Shown here one piece after another: positions 1-13,885 of a stretch of DNA of 64,000 nt (within the stretch, counting starts at the first letter, position 1; every line of letters starts with the position of its first letter). The translations under genes and the position numbers were made by a program. This stretch comes from the human T2T-CHM13v2.0 reference genome, Homo sapiens, in the NCBI RefSeq assembly GCF_009914755.1, contig NC_060939.1; one strand, written 5' to 3'. The notes beneath the pieces are model-generated. The model ran no database searches, was not told the origin of the DNA, and worked only from the letters and a program-made list of their open reading frames with translations.

Positions 1-162
1 AGGTCAGTTTGCCTCTCTGTGCCCCAGATTGCTGATATGAGAATGGGGGGGATATAATTACTACCTGCCATAGAGGGATGCTGCGAGGATTAATGAAATA
101 ATTTTATAAAGCAGTTTGAGCTCCCTAGAAGAAAGGCACTATGTAAGAACAAAGTGTTATTG
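1..162 (+). mobile_element. Ancient MIR (MIR3/MIR1_Amn-type tail), 5' part cut by window edge
   Basis: MIR core cctctctgtgccccag...gaggattaatga followed by MIR3-like tail aaagcagtttgag...gaaaggcactatgtaa. Confidence 0.7.
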
Positions 163-164
163 TA

Positions 165-312
165 ATTATTATGTAGCACCTTTCATCTGAGAATCTCAAA
201 GCACTTCACCAAACATTGACTCATTAATCTTCCCAACTCTCCTGCAAGAGAATTAAATTACCTCCATTTTAAGAATGGGAGAAATGCAGACAGCAAAAGG
301 TTAAATGCCCAG
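165..312 (-). mobile_element. Ancient MIR (MIR3/MIR1_Amn-type), tail-to-tail with previous
   Basis: Reverse complement reads gattaatgagtcaatgtttggtgaagtgctttgagattctcagatgaaaggtgctacataat. Confidence 0.7.
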
Positions 313-1134
313 CCCATGATACCATCCCCGTTGAATGCCAAAGCCAAGAGCGAGCTGCAGGACTCCGGCTCAAAGGAGACTCCTAGTTCAAAGGAGACAG
401 CTCTTTGAAACTTGAGGCACTGTAACTTCCACCTTTTCCCTATACAGAGAAAATCATTGAGCAGCCTTGGTGGATGGCAACGATCCAGTTGGAATGATGG
501 CCCATGGTAATACCTTCCACAGAAGAAGGGGTGGGATGGGGCAGCAAGGTGATGACCACAATCCTTCCCTCAACTGTAGCAGTGGGAAGAAAATGTAAGC
601 AATGCCTGCAATCAATCGCTTACCCTCCTCCGATGGCTGTGGCTCAAGTCCTTTCATCGGCCCTCTTTTAACTTGACACCTTTCTAGGATATCTCTGTCT
701 CTCAGCCAGAAAATGTCTCATCACCTTTCAATACAAAGGTAGCAGTTTAGCAACCAAAGAAATAATCCTAAAATACTGCATTCAAAGAAGCTTTCCCCTC
801 ATAATACTGTTTTTCCTGCTGAATCCCATGAACGTTAGCTGAGACAGGTGGTACTAATCCACCTTCTAAGAGGAAAAGGAAGAATGTTAGCTATTCTCCA
901 TATACTGGGGGTAGGGGGGAGGCGTATTTTGGATTAAGATGTGTTACATCAGGAACTTCTAGCAAAGTGGAGCCATTACTAGTCATAGCTAACCAGAGAA
1001 GCAACATTTGTGCTTTTCTTACAGATGTTAAGTTCATACTTCCTGGAGGTTGTGGTCAAGATTACTGGCCCAATCATGTGTGTGAATCTGTTACAAATAT
1101 ACATAGCATGTGTGCCTCCAGGACCCGGAAGTAA

Positions 1135-1521
<387 letters not shown>

Positions 1522-1814
1522 CACAGCACGCATTTCTAAGGGAAACATTAATTTCATCTTGATTTTAAATCTGGAAGAGCAGAGTTCGTTAATTATGATA
1601 AGCTTCATGCTGACAGAAGGGAGTCCCTCGACTCCCTTCTGTACTTGTGACCAGTTTCTCCACTCTGTTTATTAACAAGCCCACCTCCCTGAAGTTAGTT
1701 ACTCACAAACTGTGTCACTGTAAAGATCTTAGGCTCCTGGTCTACTCTTCCTGGCCACTGTCTTTCTTACCTTTCTTACTTCCTCATACCTCCTTGAAAG
1801 CCACCCATAGTTAT

Positions 1815-1990
1815 GGAAAGAGAATGGGCTTTGGAACCAAACCAATCTGACAGTTAATCCTAGCACCCACCACTTCCTGTTCTGTGACTTTGCGCAAGCT
1901 CCTGAACTTCTCTGAGCCTTCTTTTGTAGCCTACAAAATAAGAACTACAATTCTACTTTGCAGGCATTTGAGACATTGAGCACACACAGA
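1815..1990 (+). mobile_element. MIR fragment
   Basis: ctgtgactttgcgcaagctcctgaacttctctgagcct resembles MIR core. Confidence 0.65.
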
Positions 1991-2959
1991 GTTCTCAACA
2001 AAGATAAGGGCCCTTGGCTGACAGGGACCTCCAAACGCGAAGTGGAAGATGGAGTTTACATTCATACAGCAAGCACTAGAAGATGCGGTATACTCGCAGT
2101 GCCAGGAGTGCCATTCCAGAAGATGTCCCAGAAACAGAGACTAGGCCTGGGTAAGGCCTTGACAATGGAAATGCAACAGATGAAACTAAGCAGGGTCCAT
2201 GAGCGAGGAGCACAGGCCAAGGTCAAAGCCTAAACTGGCAGGCAGTAATTTCCAGGAAGGTCTGGAAAGTAAGGGGCAGAAAATCGCCACGGGGACCAGA
2301 GTTTTACAATCACAATCTCTGGAGGAAAGTGAGATATGGTAGGGAAGTCAAAGAAGTAGGGGATTGGGTTGAGAATTAGGCTAGAACTTCAGCAAGAACG
2401 TCTGTCTCAGGGTGATTCCAAGCAATCAAAGAATGTACATGAAGAACCATCTCCAGGGAGCTCACTTCTCCCCCGAGCTCAACCTCTCAACTACAGGTTC
2501 CACAGTTCTGGGCCCCCTTGGGTTTGCACTTTGCTCTTCTTCCACCATCTTGTCTTGTATAGACTTGTATATTGAAGCTGAACTGTTCATCTATATCTGA
2601 CTCCAAAGTCTCATTTAGATACTAAACTAGTATGTGCTCTCCGGCACCAAAGATACTGTGTTGTGTGGTCACTCGAGTTCCCAGGTCACTACTGAGCACT
2701 TCCCCAGTCACCTGCCACTCCATATGGAGAAGAGTATCAGACACGAATAGACAAAAATGGGAATTAATTACTGGAACTCCAGCAAACTACTTCACCAAGA
2801 AGAAGAGGAGGCAAAAAGGCAGTACACAGAAAATTGCTTCCATTCCTCCTTGACAAGAGATAGAATTGCAGATTCAGGGGAGGGGTGACCCTACACATGG
2901 GAGCTAAGTCTCTACTGTGGAGCCTGGCCAGTAATTACCCCATCTGCTAGCCACCTGAC

Positions 2960-3190
2960 ACTCCACTGGTGATCTCTCCTAGTCTCGTGGTTTTAGATAC
3001 TACCACTGAACAGATGACTTCCCACCTGTTCATCCCTCATCTCTAGCTTTTCTCTAGAGCTACAGGCCCACATTTTAGAAGGCTGTCAGGCATGCACACC
3101 TAAATATCTCATGGACATCTCAAATCCATTATAGTGTTCTCCATATCTATTAGTAACAACAAATATTTCCTACATACCAAGTTCAAGATG
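2960..3190 (+). mobile_element. L2 fragment
   Basis: gatgacttccca...tctctagagctacaggcccaca...ggacatctcaaa resembles the L2 ORF2 3' region. Confidence 0.65.
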
Positions 3191-5064
3191 ATGCTTTGAC
3201 TTTCCAAGTTGGGGATTGAATAAGCTCACAGCCAGACCTCAGGGTCAGTGTCTTAACTGTGCATTAACAGTGCTGGAAGGAGAATTCTTTACCCCAGAGA
3301 CACTTCTGCAATACATGCAATAAGGACCGACACTTTCACTCAAAGATTAGGTGAAGCAAGACTTCTGTGGTGTCCAGTCCCATGCATCTGGACAATGTGC
3401 CCAAGGCATCCCCTGCACACAGAAAGTGAATTAGACACGCCCGAATAAAGCAGACGCAGCTAGCTGAGTTAGCTCTAGGACAACATTAAATGGGTTTCAA
3501 AAATTGACCATCATACCCACGTTCTAGCTACTGAAAAGAAATGGAAGATTCTAAATTAGCTGAGCCCAGTTGCAGATAAGGAAAGAATAGTGTTAGTAAA
3601 GACGGTAGCTTTTGCATCTACTATCCACATATCCCCCGCAGGGTCCACCACATGTTAAGTAATTAAATATTTACTGAATGAAAGAATGTATCTTTGATTT
3701 TAGATCTAGCCTTTACTTCTCTGGGGTATTTTGTTACTTGTAAGATCTCGCTTTCTAGTTAGTTCCTCCCCAAACCTCCCCCAACCATCTAGAATTCTAC
3801 GGAGCACTTGACTTTCCAAGTGCATTTCACCCAGTGACCTAGCATGGTGAACCGGTCAGTATAGTGTAAGCACTTACTTCAACCATGAGTTCTACAGGGC
3901 ACCTCGTTCCTCAACACAGAAATTAGAATAACCCCAGGTGAATCAGGTCAAATCTATCCTGGAGTTTGTCTACAGAGAATGGTAACAATAAGCACTTCCA
4001 TGTATCCAGTCTTTGCGATGGGCCAGGCTCTGTGCTAAGCCCTTCACAGACTCTAATCTTCACTCAACAAGCAGGAACACCATATAATCCCCCCTTTTTT
4101 GTGGAGGGGCTAATCACACAATGAATTATGGTGGAGTGGGACTCTAAACACAGGTCCATCAGCTCCCCAAGTGGAGCTCCTCCTACCATGCAACTCACCC
4201 CCATACCAAGGGGATATCTGCAACTATTTGAGCCCCCTTGGATGTGCACCTTGGTGGAATCTTTGCCAGTTTTTCCCAAAGTTCTCCAAAATTTTATTTC
4301 CAGTTCAGGCTCAGCAGGAAATACATTTTCCATTGCCATCCACAAACACTGTAAGTAGAAATTGAAAGTCTGCAGCACCAGAAAGGGTATTAGAAGGAGT
4401 CTTCCTTGTCCAGACAGAGGGACTCAATGAAAAAAAACAAACAAACATAGTTTTTAACTTTTGAATTGCTTTCTTAAACACTAAATATACTCAACCAGAA
4501 TGAGCACCTCAAAATAAAGAAGTCTCCATAGCACAGATTTGGAGACTCAAGATGTCATTTAAAATTAAGACGTTTCTGAATGAAATGACTCTTCTAGTAA
4601 GTTATGTCTGAACATGACCACTGGAATTTCAGAATTGACTATAGGGAGATAAAAAATGTAAATGAGCTTTGCCTGGAGGATTCCAGGCCATGGGTTTTTC
4701 TGGAGAGCATGATAGGAAGTTGAACTAGCTATGGTTTCATCCCAAATAAATTAACCTTGCATCAAGGGCCAAACTTCTTATTAACGTCATAAAGTGCCCC
4801 CAGATGTTTCTGCAACTCAACCATTTCCAGAGTGTGATTTTACTCAAGAAAAAAAAGAAAGTACTATAACATTCCCCTTTAGCCAAGCATGGCTAATCTA
4901 ATGAGCAGGTTCTTCAACACCGCTCTTTTTAGATTGACAACTTTCTTTCCAAAATTGAGAAAAAGAACAATTATTTGAGCATCCAGACCCTGCAGTGCTT
5001 CCGCATTCAACACATTGTATTGGCCTTTGAAATCCTCACCTTCACTTAGGGATAATTTTAGTTA

Positions 5065-5569
5065 GTCCATGGCTGTGGCCTGTTACAAACTGGGCTTCAC
5101 AGCAGGAGGCAAGTGCTAGGTGAGTGAGCGAAGCTTCATCTGTATTTACAGCTACTCCCCATTGCTCACGTTACCACCTGAGTTTCACCTCCTGCCACAT
5201 CAGCAGCAGCATCAGATTCTCATAGGAGCACGAACTCTGTTGAGAACTGTGCATGTGAGAGATCTAGGTTGCACACACCTCATGAGAACCTAATGTCTGA
5301 TGATCTGTCACTGTCTCCCATCACCCCCAGATGGGACCGTCTGGTTGCAGGAGAACAAGCTCAGGGCTCCTACTGATTCACTGATTCTACATTATGGTGA
5401 GTTGAATAAGTATTTCATTACATATTACAATGTAACAATAATAGAATAAAGTGCACAATAAATGTAATGTGCTTGAATCATCCTGAAACCATCCCCCTCA
5501 CCCCAAGTCCGTGGAAAAATTGTCTTCCACGAAACCAGTTCCTGGTGTCAAAAAGGTTGGGGGCTGCTG
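5065..5569 (+). mobile_element. MER1A (hAT-Charlie MITE)
   Basis: gaagcttcatctgtatttacagc, gatctgtcactgtctcccatcacccccagatgggacc, end aaaaaggttgggggctgctg. Confidence 0.9.
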
Positions 5570-7452
5570 CCCTAGATGGCTCAGTATTAGTCACAGCTTC
5601 TATCCCATCCAGAAGATGCAAATCCAGGTTATCTTCAGCAGGATGGCTGGTAGGTGCCTGAAAGGGAAGGGCTGCTGTTGCTTGCCTGACTTTCAAAGTT
5701 TAGAGTTAGAGCTTTAATTTCTAGACAGGCCTAGATAGTTGCTACAGCCACTCACCGATGCAGGTGTCACTACATAAGACTGGAATTATGCCAAGAGGTA
5801 GGAATACTCCATACCCAGGGCCAAAAGAGGCCTGCTACATGGGGCAGGAAGTGGGGAAAGGCAGCCAAATCTTAGCTCACACTAGACGTTGGAAAGTCCA
5901 GATTGCAAAGTCAGCTGGAACTGAAGACTCTAGTGTAGGCTGTGCTTCTGTGCAACACAGAGCCTGGAGGTGGTAAGAGCTTTTCATCTGTTGGATCTCA
6001 TACCATCACATGCATGGCAACTACTTGTTTGTATTCCCTGCTAAAATATATCAAGGGCAGAGAATGAATCCGTTTGCTTCACCAGCATGTCCTAAATAAA
6101 TAGGATAGTACCCACTAAATGGTAGGTGCACAAAATAGTTTTTGAACATTAGATGTCAAACGACCCTTGACTTGGTGTGTCTTCCAGACAATATTCATTC
6201 ATTCTACAAGTTTATTAAGTTGTATTAACGTATTAAGTTGCCTTCTCTGTGCCAGGGCCAGCACCAGTGGGTAAGGCTCAATAACATGTGGATTCTAATG
6301 AGGAGGCCAGACTTTGTCTTCAAGATTTCACTGCAGATCAAGTTGTCCAGGCTTTATGTTAGTGGGCTCAGCTTTAAGATGCAGAGAGGGAGAGGGAGGA
6401 GAGAGCCTTCAGTTCATGGGCAGGGAAAGTGGTAACGCAAGGAGGAAGACACAGGGGCTGCGCACCCAGGGGAGCAGCACAGTCCTAGAACAGCCTCTCC
6501 GAGGACAGCCTCTCCCTACTCCTTGCTTTGGTTTTCTTCCTGGATCTGCAGGTGGAAAGACAGTGGTCGACAGGTGTGCTGGTTCTTCAGCGAGGTGGGG
6601 CTCCACAGGTGTTTCAATTTCTTGATTGCAGCTCCAGCAGAGAGCTGGGTCCTTGGGAAGTTCTTGCAGCCCTGACAGTTGAGTCCTTCTGGTTACTGGG
6701 CCACTTCCATGGCAAGGAGACAGCTGTTCCTTTGTTGTCCTTGGCCTCACAGGTCAAGGCCCCCATCAGGGAGGACCACACCAACCCTGGCACTGCAAGT
6801 CTTCAGTTTACTCTCATGTCATCATTTATTAGTTAGTGGCCTTAGGAGAACCTCTGAATCTCTTCTCTGAGGCTCCTTTCTTCATCTATCCAATGCGGAG
6901 AGTGATTTCTGCTCTTCCTTGCCTCCAAAACTTCTTAAGGATAAAAAGACCCACGGAGATCTTAGATAAGAATAAGATAGAACAGGATAGGTAAGGGAGA
7001 GAATTATGTGCATAAAATAATTTTCTTCCCAATTTTCTTCTCAAAATGAACTTGGTGTTGAAAATGGTAACTATAATATATAAACTTAAAAGGATATAAT
7101 TGATTCTTTTGTGTACTCATTCAGCAAATCATTAGGTACTTATTATGTATCTGTCCTGTAATTTCTTAAACAGGACCCCCTCCGCCTGATGTTTTTTGAA
7201 GCTTTCTTGTCACACATGACATTTTTCCAAGTGAGGCACTCAAGGGAATGGCCCAATTTGTATAAAATCACTTATCAGGAGTGACATAGATTGGAGATTT
7301 GCAACTTCACTAGTAAAATGGGTACCAAAGTGAGCAACCATCATTTCTTCTTTCTGCTCTATCAACTTAATTTTAAAACTATGAGGTTGCTACATATAGC
7401 TTTCAATGAAATAAAGCATTTAATAAAAATATATATATAACTGACCCTACAT

Positions 7453-7592
7453 CAGTGGTTCTCAAAGTGTGGTCGCAGGACTGGCAGCATCAGTATCACC
7501 TGAGCACTAGTTAGAAATGCAGATTCTCAGGCCACCCCAAGCCTGCCAATTCAGATTCTGGGACTGGACGCAGCAACCTGTGTTTTCATAAG
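7453..7592 (+). mobile_element. MER5A fragment
   Basis: cagtggttctcaaagtgtggtc...gttagaaatgcagattctcaggcc. Confidence 0.85.
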
Positions 7593-8479
7593 CGTCTGCT
7601 ACACCAATGCTGCAAAGCTTGCTGAAGCTTCTGGGATGCATCGGAAGCAAACAGGGAAGAGGAGGCAAGGAGAAAACCTCTTAGTGTGAAGCCGATTATC
7701 TCAAGATGGATGAAACAGGTTTCATTTCTTGTCCTATAACTAGGAAATCTTTCATAATTACTTAGAAGTATTTTACACACCACCTCAGATAAAATACTTT
7801 TGATTGTCAAAAGACTATATGGCCATTATGTTTTCTGTCTCCTAGAATTAATGTGGTACCAAACATTCTGATAGTGCCTGACTGAGAGGGGAAAGAAGTA
7901 ACTATTTGAAAACTAAAATTTCTTTCTTTGCATCTCTCCTTAAGTCAGAGATAGTCCAAAGCATTTTCATCTGAAGTTTCATATTACTATTTTTAATGAG
8001 GAAACAGAAAGTGCAGGAGATGATTTTTTAAATAGAAACGTCGTTACTTCCAAGTTCTTTATTCAAAAGTAACCTATATTTGATGGTATTCTCATTTTTA
8101 TGGTTTTGCAAATATTGTGAGTAATCATCTCAAATAATAAACGTTTTAGCTTTGGAAACACATAATAAATAGAATGTCCTAAATTCTTAAGTATAGATTT
8201 CAATAATGAACAGCCCCCACAAACTCCTATCAAAGCCAAAAATCAAGCTAAGTTATCTAAAATTTTTGCACTTTAAATACAAAAACACCATACAGACCTT
8301 TTTAAATGAAATACTTTCTCTTTACAATAGCCTACATGGCCAAGAAATCACACCCAGAAGTACTGCTCAGTATCCATCGTGCTGGATACAGACCCCGGGG
8401 TCCAGATGTCAGAATGTGCTCAGGCACTGCTGCTTGGTTTGATCAGAACTTCCCAAAATATTCATCCTAATGTTGTTCT

Positions 8480-8730
8480 GAGGTCCTCATGTTGTTTTAT
8501 TATTTATTAGAACCCTCTAGAGGGACAACTTTTCATTATTTTATATATATCATGATCCGTTAATATGCCTCTTACCCTATTGTGTTCACATTTAAGAACA
8601 CAGAGGTCCTCAAGTTGTTTTATTTATTTATTTCTTGGAAACCTCTAGACGGATAACTGTTCATTATTTTATATATATCATGATTCATTAATATGGCTCT
8701 TCCCCTACTGTATTCACATTTAAGAACATA
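8480..8730. repeat. Diverged tandem duplication, about 123-128 bp unit x2
   Basis: Both copies run gaggtcctca...ttcattattttatatatatcatgat...ttcacatttaagaaca. Confidence 0.95.
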
Positions 8731-9834
8731 GCGCTAAATAGATGCACAGGCAAAATCAACAGGTGCCAGTATCTCTGATTCAACAGGTGTTAATGTGAAA
8801 ATAATGATGGCTACAAATTTAACAGCTGGTGCTATGCCAGCTTTTTTTCTTCCTTCATGTGAATATAAACAGATCTGTGCTATGTATAGATTCACATCTC
8901 ATCAGATGAGGTCTATGTCAAACTGTCCTTCTCATCTATAAACATTTATTCACAATCTTGGATTATAATAAGTTTTTCACTTCACCTTTCCTAATCCCCA
9001 TTCACCATTTCTTTATCAATATCAATCTTGAAAATGATGGCCCATATCATATCTTGAAAATGTTGGCCCAGATGGCTGAAGAGTAAATATTTTAGCACAT
9101 TTGGATGCTAATTTAGCTAAATTAATAGTGACCAGTAGTTCTAATATGCAGTTCCCTTAGTTTGTTGTTGCTGAAGAAGGATTCTATAAAATAGAATAGG
9201 TCCTGAAATACAATTTTGTTTTCAATGGCATTCACCAAATTTTTATTTCTCCTGTACTATAGGCAATACCATATTTCCTTCTGTCTCTATTAACATTGTA
9301 GCTAACGATTCATTACCGGGGGTAGCTAAAGGGTCAGTTAACTTAGTCCTCTGGATTTCATTGAGAAATTAACGGAGAACTGTAGGACTTAACTGAGAAA
9401 ATTAACATAAGGGGTTCTTTTCATAAGGCATCTGAGAAATGAAAGCTTGCTGTCAGCTTGGGTCTTCCGTCAGTCGGCACTTTCTGTCTCATATAAACTA
9501 GTATGAGACTGTAAACTAGCCTAAGAATTTTATGTGTCTCTTACTTATGAGGGGAAAAAAAAGATAATATTATGCACTGGGTTGACCAGTTGTTTCTTTC
9601 AATTGACTGAAATAATCAGGTGTTCTGAAATCACATTATCTGATTTGTCTAGAAATACAGGCAACGTGATCTTAGAAACCACAGACACCAGTAGACCTAG
9701 AAAAGTAATCTCATAAAGCTTGCTTAAAACAATTGAAGTATCTGATAAATTTCATATACAAAAAAGATAAATATGCCTTAGTACAACAACTGAATTATGA
9801 GAATATAAAGTTGTGAAAATATTACAATCATCTG

Positions 9835-10060
9835 ATTGTCAAATGTGGATTAGTGAAATAAAATATAGTCAGCCATAAAATGAAATACTAAACATATTCA
9901 CCTTAATTGTTATACTATACACGACATGGAAAGAGATCTGTACTATATTTAAGTTAAAAAGCAGACTATACTACCATATTTCAATATGACTGAATATTTC
10001 ATTAAAATATATGTGTGGTGTGTTTACGCATGATCTCTAAAAGGTTAAAAGAGGTCATTA
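9835..10060 (+). mobile_element. Old L1 (L1ME-type) 3' fragment
   Basis: aaataaaatatagtcagccataaaatgaaatac...acatggaaagagatc...taagttaaaaagcagacta resembles L1ME 3'UTR. Confidence 0.55.
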
Positions 10061-10097
10061 AATGTATTTAGGTCATATTTCCTTTTCTTCTCTTGTC

Positions 10098-10450
10098 TTT
10101 TTTTTTTTTTTCCTCTTGGAGAGTGATTCTCACTCTGTCACCCAGGCGGGAGTGCAGTAGCACGACCATAGCTCACTGCATCCTCAAACTCCCGGGCTCA
10201 AGTCAACCTCCCACCTCAGCCTTCCCAGTAGTTGGGAGAACTATGAGTCTACAAGTGTGTGCCACCATACCGTGCCTGGCTAATTTTTCTTTTTTTTTTC
10301 TTTTTCTTTCATTTTCTTCTTTTTTTTTCTTTTTGAGACAGCGTCTCACTTTGTTGCCCAGGCTGGTCTCAAACTCTGATGCTCAACTGAACTTCCCGTC
10401 TCGGCCTTCCAATGTGCTTGGATTGCACACATGAGCCACTGCACCTGGCC
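10098..10450 (-). mobile_element. AluJ, expanded middle T-rich linker
   Basis: Antisense Alu with J-type ccatagctcactgcatcctcaaactcc. Confidence 0.92.
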
Positions 10451-10570
10451 TATATTTTCTTCTTAATCATTTTATTGTTTTAATTATTTCTTCACTGATT
10501 ATGTATCACTATATAACAATAATAAAGCAATACATATCATTTGAATACATACTTCAAAAAAAATTTTTTT

Positions 10571-10782
<212 letters not shown>

Positions 10783-11090
10783 TAATGAGGTACATTTATT
10801 GGAACATGGTTGCAGAAAAGTCCAAAATGTTTGACAAAGCCAAAGAAAATATTCCTAAGAGTAGTCTTTAAGTGGATCTGTTGTTTCTCAGGAAGCAAGC
10901 TTCATGTGTGAGGAACTCCCCATTATTTGGCAAAGTTTGCTGTATGTTATTCTTATAATGTTTGCTGCTCCTCTCTCTTGGCATCAAAGATTATTGTAGT
11001 TTTCAGGGTGTTTTCCCCATCGCTTCTTGCTCTTCTTTAATGGAATGTCAGCACTTCTGGCTATGGAATTGTAACTGCTGCATAAATGAA

Positions 11091-11262
11091 AGGTAGTCCT
11101 CAATTTGTGGACAGCATTAAGTCCTAAATGTTTGTTACTAAGTTGGTGATTTCCATCTCAGAATGCATTTTCCCATAAAAACCATTATCCACTTTCACTG
11201 TGTTCCAAAACCTGTAACCCATATATACTTGGAGACTATCATTGTTCTAATGGGAAAGATCA
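11091..11262. mobile_element. Probable ancient Tigger-type MITE remnant
   Basis: aggtagtcctcaattt...gcattttcccataaaaacc with inverted counterpart cattgttctaatgggaaa. Confidence 0.4.
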
Positions 11263-12881
11263 ATGGACGCTTAGCCAGCATATGTAATGGGTGTTCAGTG
11301 GATTGGCTTGGGCAGCTAGATATGAGATTCTCCTCTGGCACTTTTCCTTCCCCACTTTTCTCCCCCTGTTTATAATAAACAATTGGGAGGGCGGCCTCCT
11401 GGTCCCTGGCAGCAACTTCACCAATCAGGGCAGGGCAGGGGCTAGGGAAGGAACAATGGGAAGAGGCTGGCTGGCTGGGACAGTGTCCACAAAGGTGAAC
11501 CATCCAGGCAAAGAGCAGGGCTCTGAGGGTCAAAGTGAAGCTCTTATGGCTGAGCCTCAAGGGGCATGTCTTGATTCTGGAACAAAAGCTAGGAGTCTGA
11601 TTCCTAACTCAGCCGATCAGCAGCTGGGTGACTGGATGCCTCAGCTTCCTGGGGCCCACCATAAAGTGAACTGCAGCCGCCCAGCTGGCTTTCTCTTGCT
11701 CTTTCAACTTGAACTTGGCACAGAGCTAGCTTTTGATTTTCTCAGGATTATCACTCTTCACAAGAAAGACGATGACAACAACAATCATAGTGCCCAATTA
11801 TATTTACCTACAGTTCTGTAGATTAGATTACAAGGTGTTTTATAGTCATAAACTCATTTGTCCTAGAAACTCACAGGAGTTATGTAAATTTCCTGATTTT
11901 TCTTGTCAATTTTAAGAATAACAACATCACAGAAGTATAAACTGTAAAATTTACTACGGGTCTTTGTGTCTTCAATAATCCATTTCCATTGCAAAGCACC
12001 TTCAGACTTTTTGGTGGCATTTTATCTGAGGACATGGGGTTCTGCGGAGCAGACTGGAGTGGAGGAGGAAAAAAAAGCATCACTGATGCCTCTGTGATGC
12101 CTTCAGGGCTGGGAGTGAGAAGAAAGACGAAAGAGAAGGAGAACAGGAAGCATTCCTAGAGTTAAGCCTCCTCCTTTCTATGGGGCAGACTTCTCAGAAT
12201 CAAAGATCCAATGGAAAGAACAGAAGAAGGAAGGTAGAAAAAAGGTCTTTTGACCACCTATGTTCAGGTGGCCTTTCAGTATATAAAGGAATATGCAAAT
12301 TGCATATGTAAGGGAGAGTTTTTGCAGTGCTAAACCACAGCAGGGCAGCTTCCACTCCACACTGCAAACATCTCCCTGGGGTTGGTCAGAAATATTTCCC
12401 CACTTCATAGAGACCTACCACGGCTTAGCCACTGACTCTAGACACTGCTGTGTATCCAAGCTGCAAGTCTCTCATTAGTCATGTAGAAAATATGTTGACT
12501 AAAATCACACATTTGCTCTTATCATGCAGTGATACCATTTATTATGGTAATACTCCCAGCACTTAAAGAATCGGGGTCAATCTTCATTTTTTCTAAGAAA
12601 TGGAACTCCAAATCATTTATGTGTACATGTGGCCACAGATTCACGGGCACATGTGGAATGGGGATATGCTCCGGAAGGCTCAATTAAGACAACTGGTGTA
12701 TTTGTTTAAAGCATGCAACAAAGATGGAAAACAAAGTGACAGAAACAGGTTGAAAAGCTGCCTCAAATTTCTACCTCTTCATCCTTCTTTGTACTTAAAC
12801 ATTGAGTGCACCACTTTGGTTACATCTAAAATATGGGAAAGCAAAAAAAAAAAAAAAAAAATTCATCTGAATTATCCTAGA

Positions 12882-13329
<448 letters not shown>

Positions 13330-13885
13330 TAATATGTATCAAAAACTTACAGCAGAACATCCAGTCCTCTATTATTAATTGTACCGATTTGTCTTGTTTA
13401 TATTGTGTGAAATTTTGGTTGACTATTCCAAGCATTCTAATACATACTTTTGTGCTGATATTTTTTTCTTGAAATCCCACATGTGGAAAGGCATATTTTT
13501 CGGAAGCCTATAATGTAACTTCCTTATTTTTTACATTTTTAGTTATTAGTCATTGCAAATATGTAGAAATCTATTAATAAGAATGTGGTGTTAATTACTT
13601 CTATATCAATCTAAGTGAATTGCTATATATTAAGTTATATTTTCTCACTAAGTTAAATAAAAAAACAAAATTCTTGGGTGCATTAATGCTCTCAACACTA
13701 TTGAGTAGGACTTAGAATTTAATAAGAGTCGACATAATGCATGCACATTACATGTATTGTATAATATGAACCTAAAACCACCTTATTTAGAATTCTCTAA
13801 TGACAATCTTTAATCCTTTAAAGTTTATTAAGAGGCCATCCAGTTAGACACATATATGAAAATACAGTTGATATCATATATTTTC

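Noticed and set aside
2080-2480. Possible ancient Gypsy/ERVL-type LTR (similar impression at 58880-59240)
   Set aside because: Too diverged to assign by eye; needs a Dfam HMM search
9020-9070. Short 26-bp-period duplication (similar ones near 13301 and 51085)
   Set aside because: Ordinary slippage duplications with no further structure
11291-11821. 176-aa ORF in unique sequence
   Set aside because: Non-ATG start, no recognisable homology, no exon boundaries; compatible with chance
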